Positions 58,660 to 64,000 of a stretch of DNA of 64,000 bases are shown one piece after another (positions within the stretch are counted from its first letter, which is position 1; each line of letters starts with the position of its first letter). Origin of the DNA: Candidatus Versatilivorator sp. (GTDB taxonomy: Bacteria; Acidobacteriota; Terriglobia; Versatilivoradales; Versatilivoraceae); NCBI GenBank assembly GCA_965207735.1, contig OZ242296.1:3776001-3840000 (forward strand), in the 5' to 3' direction. The notes under the pieces were generated by a model. That model saw only the letters and a program-made list of their open reading frames with translations, was not told the DNA's origin and made no database searches. Both the position numbers and the translations under genes were made by a program.

Positions 58660-59230
58660 TCGAGCCGCGAAGCGGCGGCAGCAGGTAGCCGTGGGCGTAA
58701 GCCCATGGGAAAGATGGGCATAGTTGTCGAGCCGCGAAGGCGGCGGCAGCAATCCTCCGTGACATTCGATCCATAGCACGCCCGGGCACGCCATCGCCGC
58801 CTGAACGCTGAAGGCTCCCCCAATGAGCGCTGAAATGTTTCCTCCTCGGCGACCGCTTTAATCCTTCTGGGAACACGTCGAAACCGGACATTCGTGATCG
58901 TCTCACTATATTGACGTACAGTCGGCGGGTCCACCGGTCTTGATTTTGAGACAGATAGGGCTCCATAATCGAGACAGTTGGGGAACTGCTGCCGGTTCAC
59001 ACCGACGGAGCATCTATTCGAGAAAGGCCCTTCCCAGCCGCAGTGTCGTGGTTTAGGGAAGAGCGGCGTAGCCGCGGTTTAGGGGCGTCAATTGAGGGCG
59101 CGTCTCCTTCAGGCCTTCCTTATAGAGCAGCGTAGCTGCGGCTCAGGGTAGACCCGGGCGCCAGCCCGGGGTCGTGTGACCCGGCGCTACCGCAGCCGCG
59201 AAGGCGGCGGATTAGTGGCGCCGTCCCGGA
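58660..59230. repeat. REP-like clusters (58660-58752, 59064-59230) flanking a degenerate insert
   Basis: GAGCCGCGAAGCGGCGGCAGCAGGTAGCCGTGGGCGTAAGCCCATGG; GCGTAGCCGCGG; CCCGGGCGCCAGCCCGGG. Confidence 0.65.
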
Positions 59231-59326
59231 ATGCGCTCCCCTTTCCGACTAATGGCCATGAAACCTCAGAAGGACAAATTGATGCCCGGCACTTCCCACG
59301 CTCGTTCCCGTGCGGCAGGTTTCGTC

Positions 59327-61459
59327 ATGAGGTCTCCAATTCCGGCCGCGATACTTCTCGGACTTGTGTGCCTACTCTTTTCCGGCGGCCCACTGCAAGC
59401 CCAATCCCCCGACTACCTGGAAGCCCGACAGAAGTACGAGAGGAAGGAATATCTGGCTGCCATGCTGCCGGCCCAGAAGGCGGTTGAAGAGAATGGGGGC
59501 AATGCCGCGTACCGGCATCTGTACGGAGCCATCCTGCTGAAGCTCAAACAGTATTCCGAGGCTGAAGAGCACCTTCGCCAAGCAGTGGCGCTGGACCCTC
59601 AAAACGGCCTATACCGGTCCACCCTGGAGGAACTGCTGGGCAAGCGAAAGGCTGCGGCGAGACCCATCCGTTCCCTGGTCGGCGACACGGACGAACGGGA
59701 GCAGGTCACCCTGTGGTGGGAAGACCTGCCGGAGAACGTTCGCACCGATTTCCGGGCCACCGGCAGCCGGAGCAACATCCATCCGGAGGACTATGTCGGG
59801 CCGGATGCCTGCAAGAGCTGTCACCAGGAGCAGTACCAGTCCTGGTCCCGGCACGCCCATCGCTGGATGAACGCGCTGGCCGACGATTCCACCGTCAAAG
59901 GAGATTTCTCCGGCCAGGCCGAGATTTCCTATCTCGGTGGGAATGCAGTCTTTTATAAGGAAGGCGGCCACTACAAGATGCGGCTGCAGCGGGGCGAAGT
60001 CCGCCGCGTCTACCAGGTGAATCAGACCATCGGGTCGCGCTTCTTCCAGTATTACATCGGCAAGCAGACCGAGGGCCCCGAGCCGCGCGACCATCTCTTC
60101 TATCGTCAGGATCACGTGCTGTTCTTCGGCTACTGGCTGGAGCAGCGGCAGTGGGTGCCCATTGTCCACGTGGGTCCCGAGGTGCCCGACGGGGAAAGAC
60201 CCGACCCCTTCGATCCGCCCACCTCCCAGCCCTTTCTGGCCCGCTACTCCAGCCGCTGCAACTTTTGTCACACCACTTTCCCGCTGGGAGACATGCTGGC
60301 CCGCAATCCCTCCCGCATGGCACGCCACGTTCCGGTTCCTCTGCACTTCGCCCTGGGCCACTATCTGGATCAGAACCAGTCGGGCATCGTGGAATTCCTC
60401 CAAAGTCCCGCCGAAGCCAGCGACGAAGACATTCTGCATATTCGGCAGGAGCTGGTTAAGCTGGAGGCGCCGCTGCATGCGGCCACCTTGGGGGTAAGTT
60501 GTGAAGCCTGCCATCTGGGTGGCAGGGAACACGTGGCCTCCGGGGGCAAGGAACCTCCCGGTTTTTTCCCTTCCAGCCCCTACCTGTTCGTGGATACTCG
60601 CGAGAGGGACATCTCCTTCGATCGGACCCACGACAACCTCAACTGGGCCTGCGGCCGCTGCCACGTGGGGACCAGGCCAACCTACGCCAACGGGGTCTCC
60701 ACCTGGAATTCAACCGAGTACAGCGACGCTGTTCAAGGCGGCTGCTTCTCTCAGCTTCGCTGCATCGATTGCCACAATCCCCACGAAACCATTGGTCCTC
60801 GCTGGTCCAGGCCGCCCGACGAGGATGACCGGCTGTGTCTCAGGTGTCACCAGCAATTCGAGCCGGCGCAGGCCAGGCGGAACCATACCCACCATCCTGC
60901 CGGCAGCAGCGGAGCCCGCTGCATGAACTGCCACCGACCCCGAATCAACGAAGGCATCCAGGACCTGGTGCGGACCCACACCATCTTCTCTCCCACCGAC
61001 AAGGCCATGATTGAAGCCAACCACCCCAACGCCTGCAACATGTGCCACACCGACCGGGCCATCGACTGGACGGTGGGCTATCTGAAGGAATGGTACGGCG
61101 CCGAGTACTCCGAAGAGAAGCTGGCGGAGTATTACCCCGACCGGGTGCGGCCGGCGGCGCTGGGCTGGCTGCAGAGCCAGTCGCCGGCAGTCCGCCTGGT
61201 GGGGGCCGACGTCCTTAGCCGCACCGGCGCCGGGTGGGCGCTGCCGGAATTGATCGGAGTGCTGGATGATCCTTATCTGATCAACCGCCAGTTTACCCGG
61301 AGGTGGCTCGACAAGATGCTGGAAGTGCGCCTGAAGGATTTCGGATACCGGTTCTACATGACCCCGGAGGAGCGCCGGGGACCCATAGCCAAGATTCGGG
61401 CCGAACTGTGGCATCGAAAGCGGGCCCTGGCCCAGGGCGGCTCCAGCCCCACGCCCTGA
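59327..61459 (+). CDS. TPR-fused octaheme cytochrome c
   Basis: N-terminal YLEARQKYERKEYLAAMLPAQKAV module, then CKSCH, CNFCH, CEACH, CGRCH, CIDCH, CLRCH, CMNCH, CNMCH and LDDPYLINR; ORF open from 59231. Confidence 0.9.
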   Translation: MRSPIPAAILLGLVCLLFSGGPLQAQSPDYLEARQKYERKEYLAAMLPAQKAVEENGGNAAYRHLYGAILLKLKQYSEAEEHLRQAVALDPQNGLYRSTLEELLGKRKAAARPIRSLVGDTDEREQVTLWWEDLPENVRTDFRATGSRSNIHPEDYVGPDACKSCHQEQYQSWSRHAHRWMNALADDSTVKGDFSGQAEISYLGGNAVFYKEGGHYKMRLQRGEVRRVYQVNQTIGSRFFQYYIGKQTEGPEPRDHLFYRQDHVLFFGYWLEQRQWVPIVHVGPEVPDGERPDPFDPPTSQPFLARYSSRCNFCHTTFPLGDMLARNPSRMARHVPVPLHFALGHYLDQNQSGIVEFLQSPAEASDEDILHIRQELVKLEAPLHAATLGVSCEACHLGGREHVASGGKEPPGFFPSSPYLFVDTRERDISFDRTHDNLNWACGRCHVGTRPTYANGVSTWNSTEYSDAVQGGCFSQLRCIDCHNPHETIGPRWSRPPDEDDRLCLRCHQQFEPAQARRNHTHHPAGSSGARCMNCHRPRINEGIQDLVRTHTIFSPTDKAMIEANHPNACNMCHTDRAIDWTVGYLKEWYGAEYSEEKLAEYYPDRVRPAALGWLQSQSPAVRLVGADVLSRTGAGWALPELIGVLDDPYLINRQFTRRWLDKMLEVRLKDFGYRFYMTPEERRGPIAKIRAELWHRKRALAQGGSSPTP

Positions 61460-61555
61460 ACACTCGACGGACTTTCCACGACCAGCCAAAAGAGTAATCC
61501 ACCAAGGGTACGAAGGACCACCAAGTGCCACCAAGCGGGACGGCTTCGCCCACCC

Positions 61556-61755
61556 GGGAGCGCGGGCGTCCCGCCCGCATCCTCTTCCTTTGCCTGCCGC
61601 TCGGTTTCCCTGCCATGCGGCAGCCGTCCTTCCTGCCAGCCTGAACCGCATGGGCCAGGCCGAAGCAGAGTCCTGTCGCCGCTGCCGGTCGAGCCGGGTG
61701 GAGGAGATGGGCGAAGCTGTGCCGGGATTTGTGCGGGCGGGACGCCCGCGCTCCC
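61556..61755. repeat. Inverted REP pair (REPIN-like)
   Basis: GGGAGCGCGGGCGTCCCGCCCGCA at 61556 and its exact reverse complement at 61732. Confidence 0.8.
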
Positions 61756-62192
61756 GGGTGGGCTTCATCCCATGATGCCGTTGCACCGAGGGAACGACAT
61801 TCTCGAAGCATTGGGGCGCCACTCGCCATTGAAGGAATTCCATCGGTCTTCGAGGGACGGTCCCTACCCGCTCAGATTGCGGAGAATGGGTTTGAAGATG
61901 CGGGGAAAACAGGCGTAATCTACGCATGAAGTGCGTAGAATGGCTCGGTATCTCTACCAACTCACAGAATGGCCCAAATTTACATGGGACTAATGATACC
62001 TTGGCTGTCCCTTTGGCGGACCCGGGCATTCCTGTCTCGACATCTGAAGGCTTCCGATATTTCGTATCACAATCCGAAATATCAATCGGGGGAGCCTTTC
62101 GGCGAGCATTTCAGGAATCCGAAGCCCCTGGGATGCTTCTGCAACTTACTTACAATAAATGCCTTAAAAAATATTGCCAAGGACGGGAAGTT

Positions 62193-62208
62193 TGGCAGCC
62201 TAGTTGCA
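62193..62208 (+). promoter_or_regulatory. Sigma-54 -24/-12 promoter
   Basis: TGGCAGCCTAGTTGCA (GG-N10-GC) after an AT-rich tract with IHF-like AATAAATGCCTTA. Confidence 0.7.
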
Positions 62209-62326
62209 ACTTACGCGCACGTGAAGTTAATTTGTCTGGTCGGCTTCCAGGTTTGATTCGCAACCGGTTCTTGCAAGTCGGTTGGTTTTCAACTTGGAGC
62301 CTCATTAAAACAAGGAGATTTCGCTA

Positions 62327-64000
62327 ATGACGAAACAAGCACTAAGAAAATCGGTCTGGAGTTTCGGGCTGATTGCGCTCTTGGGCCTGTTGGTCATTCC
62401 CACCTTGACGGTAGCGCAGGACGTCACCGGTTTTCGCGGCAGGGTCGTTGACACGACCGGGGCCGTGATGGTCGGCGTCAGCATTACGGCTATCAACGAG
62501 TCCAAGGGTCTGACCTACACTACGGTGACCAACGAGGTTGGGGAGTACGAGCTGCGCGGCATTCTGCCCGACACCTACACCCTGACCGCCGAGGCCACCG
62601 GGTTCAAGCGCTATGAGAACACGGGCGTGATCGTTTACTCGCAGTCACCGCGGCGGGTGGACATCTCCATGGAGATCGGCGAGTTGGCCGATGCCATCAC
62701 CGTGACCGAGGAAGGGGCTCGCATCGAGACCGATACGCCCTCGGTGACCTACAAGACTCCCAACAAGGAAGTCTACTATACCAACGTGGCGGCCAGCCTG
62801 ATCTACACGGTGGGGGCGGCCCCCGGAGTTCAGAACCGGAACGAGATTCACGGAGCCTACGCCAACAACGTCTCGGCTTCCCAGGACGGGATTCTGACTC
62901 TCGCCTACGGCACCTTCCGTTTTCCGCAGGAAGTGCTGCAGGAAGTTCATTTGAAAACGCTGAACGCGCCGGCCGAGTTCCAGCACGCCAACAACATCAT
63001 CGGCGTGGGGCGCAGCGGAACCAATCAGTTCCACGGCGAGATCTGGAATGATTTCAGGCATGCTCGTCTGGCGGCCAAGAACCGTTCTCTGGCAAGCAGG
63101 CCCAAACCGGAGACGCCCTCCTTGAAGTGGTCCTACGAAGCCGCCGGACCCATCTGGATTCCCAAGATCTATGACGGCCGCAACAAGAGCTTCTTCCACT
63201 TCCTGTATCAGCCGAACAGCAACTTCACCCTGGAGATCAACCCCAACCTCACTTATCCCACTCCTCTGATGAGGTCGGGGAATTTGAGCGAAGTCGCGGA
63301 ATTCTCCGGGATCAGGGATGCCAATGGCAAGGGTGTGATCATGAATCCCTACACCATGACGCCCTTCCCCAACAACACCATTCCCAGCGACATGTTCCAT
63401 CCCCTGGGGGTTCGCTTCACCGAGTTGCTTCCCCTGCCGGAACGACCCGGTCTGGCGACCAACCGAACCGGGATCAACGAGAACAGTGGCAGCGAGGAGT
63501 ACTGGCACTTCCGCTTCGACCACCAGATCTACGAAGCCAACACCATTTCGTTCAACCACTTCCGCTACACCCGCGACAGCAACGAGACGAAGTGGGACCA
63601 CGGGCCGCTGGATTGCGGGCGTACCGGTCACGACCCCACCCGGGCCTGGAGCATTCTGGACAGCCACGTCTTCTCGCCTTCGGTGATCAACGAATTCTCG
63701 GTCGGCTACAACGAGCAGCTCTACCTGATCGAGAGTGGTTGCGCCGGAAGCGATCTGCTGAGGCTGATCGACCCCCAGGGGCTCATCGACTTCGGCGGAC
63801 GTGAAGGCAAGATTCCGCAGGGCTTCGCGGGAGCGCCTCAGATCACGGCTCGTTCGATCGGCAACCTCTCCAACATCAGCGGGGCTTTCGACGCCCGTCT
63901 GACCAATGCGCTGGGTGGCGGCGCCGCCGGATACGGCAGCCGGACCGACGCCAATGCCGTTCACCTGAAGAACAACATCTCCATCACCAAGGGCACCCAC
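62327..64000 (+). CDS. TonB-dependent receptor-like protein, paralog 2 (runs off the window end; absent from the ORF track)
   Basis: RBS AAGGAG; MTKQALRK...AQDVTGFRGRVVDTTGA...NEVGEYELRG; GPIWIPKIYDGRNKSFFHF; ends in frame at NNISITKGTH, colinear with 11984. Confidence 0.92.
   Translation, partial: MTKQALRKSVWSFGLIALLGLLVIPTLTVAQDVTGFRGRVVDTTGAVMVGVSITAINESKGLTYTTVTNEVGEYELRGILPDTYTLTAEATGFKRYENTGVIVYSQSPRRVDISMEIGELADAITVTEEGARIETDTPSVTYKTPNKEVYYTNVAASLIYTVGAAPGVQNRNEIHGAYANNVSASQDGILTLAYGTFRFPQEVLQEVHLKTLNAPAEFQHANNIIGVGRSGTNQFHGEIWNDFRHARLAAKNRSLASRPKPETPSLKWSYEAAGPIWIPKIYDGRNKSFFHFLYQPNSNFTLEINPNLTYPTPLMRSGNLSEVAEFSGIRDANGKGVIMNPYTMTPFPNNTIPSDMFHPLGVRFTELLPLPERPGLATNRTGINENSGSEEYWHFRFDHQIYEANTISFNHFRYTRDSNETKWDHGPLDCGRTGHDPTRAWSILDSHVFSPSVINEFSVGYNEQLYLIESGCAGSDLLRLIDPQGLIDFGGREGKIPQGFAGAPQITARSIGNLSNISGAFDARLTNALGGGAAGYGSRTDANAVHLKNNISITKGTH

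Overview
GC-rich bacterial window. The GWxTD, VWFA-related, CRTAC1/ASPIC-UnbV and carboxypeptidase-domain TonB-receptor gene content points to Acidobacteriota (inference). The left end carries ybaN, a VapBC pair, a sodium:solute symporter and hemL/hemB. The rest is dominated by an envelope gene set in which nearly every part occurs at least twice: 2 TonB-dependent receptors (each with a sigma-54 -24/-12 promoter), 4 CRTAC1/FG-GAP/ASPIC-UnbV proteins, 6 related secreted TPR proteins plus a TPR-cytochrome fusion, 2 GWxTD proteins, 1 VWA protein, 2 tandem-FecR proteins and 4 related 7-8-heme cytochromes c. A separate operon encodes an IPT protein, a pentaheme cytochrome, a TPR protein, a beta-barrel and a 15-heme cytochrome, giving 50 CxxCH motifs in the window. 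Glycoside-hydrolase-like genes, a PhyH gene and a ParDE pair are interspersed. The intergenic DNA is dense in repeats: an IS4/IS5-type IS with its own MITE, an intact IS110 with a candidate bridge RNA, a ~185-bp repeat family sharing both IS110 ends, REP-like palindromes and a 335-bp tandem duplication. No rRNA, tRNA or CRISPR array was seen. All calls come from reading motifs by eye; no searches were run, and several start codons are best guesses.
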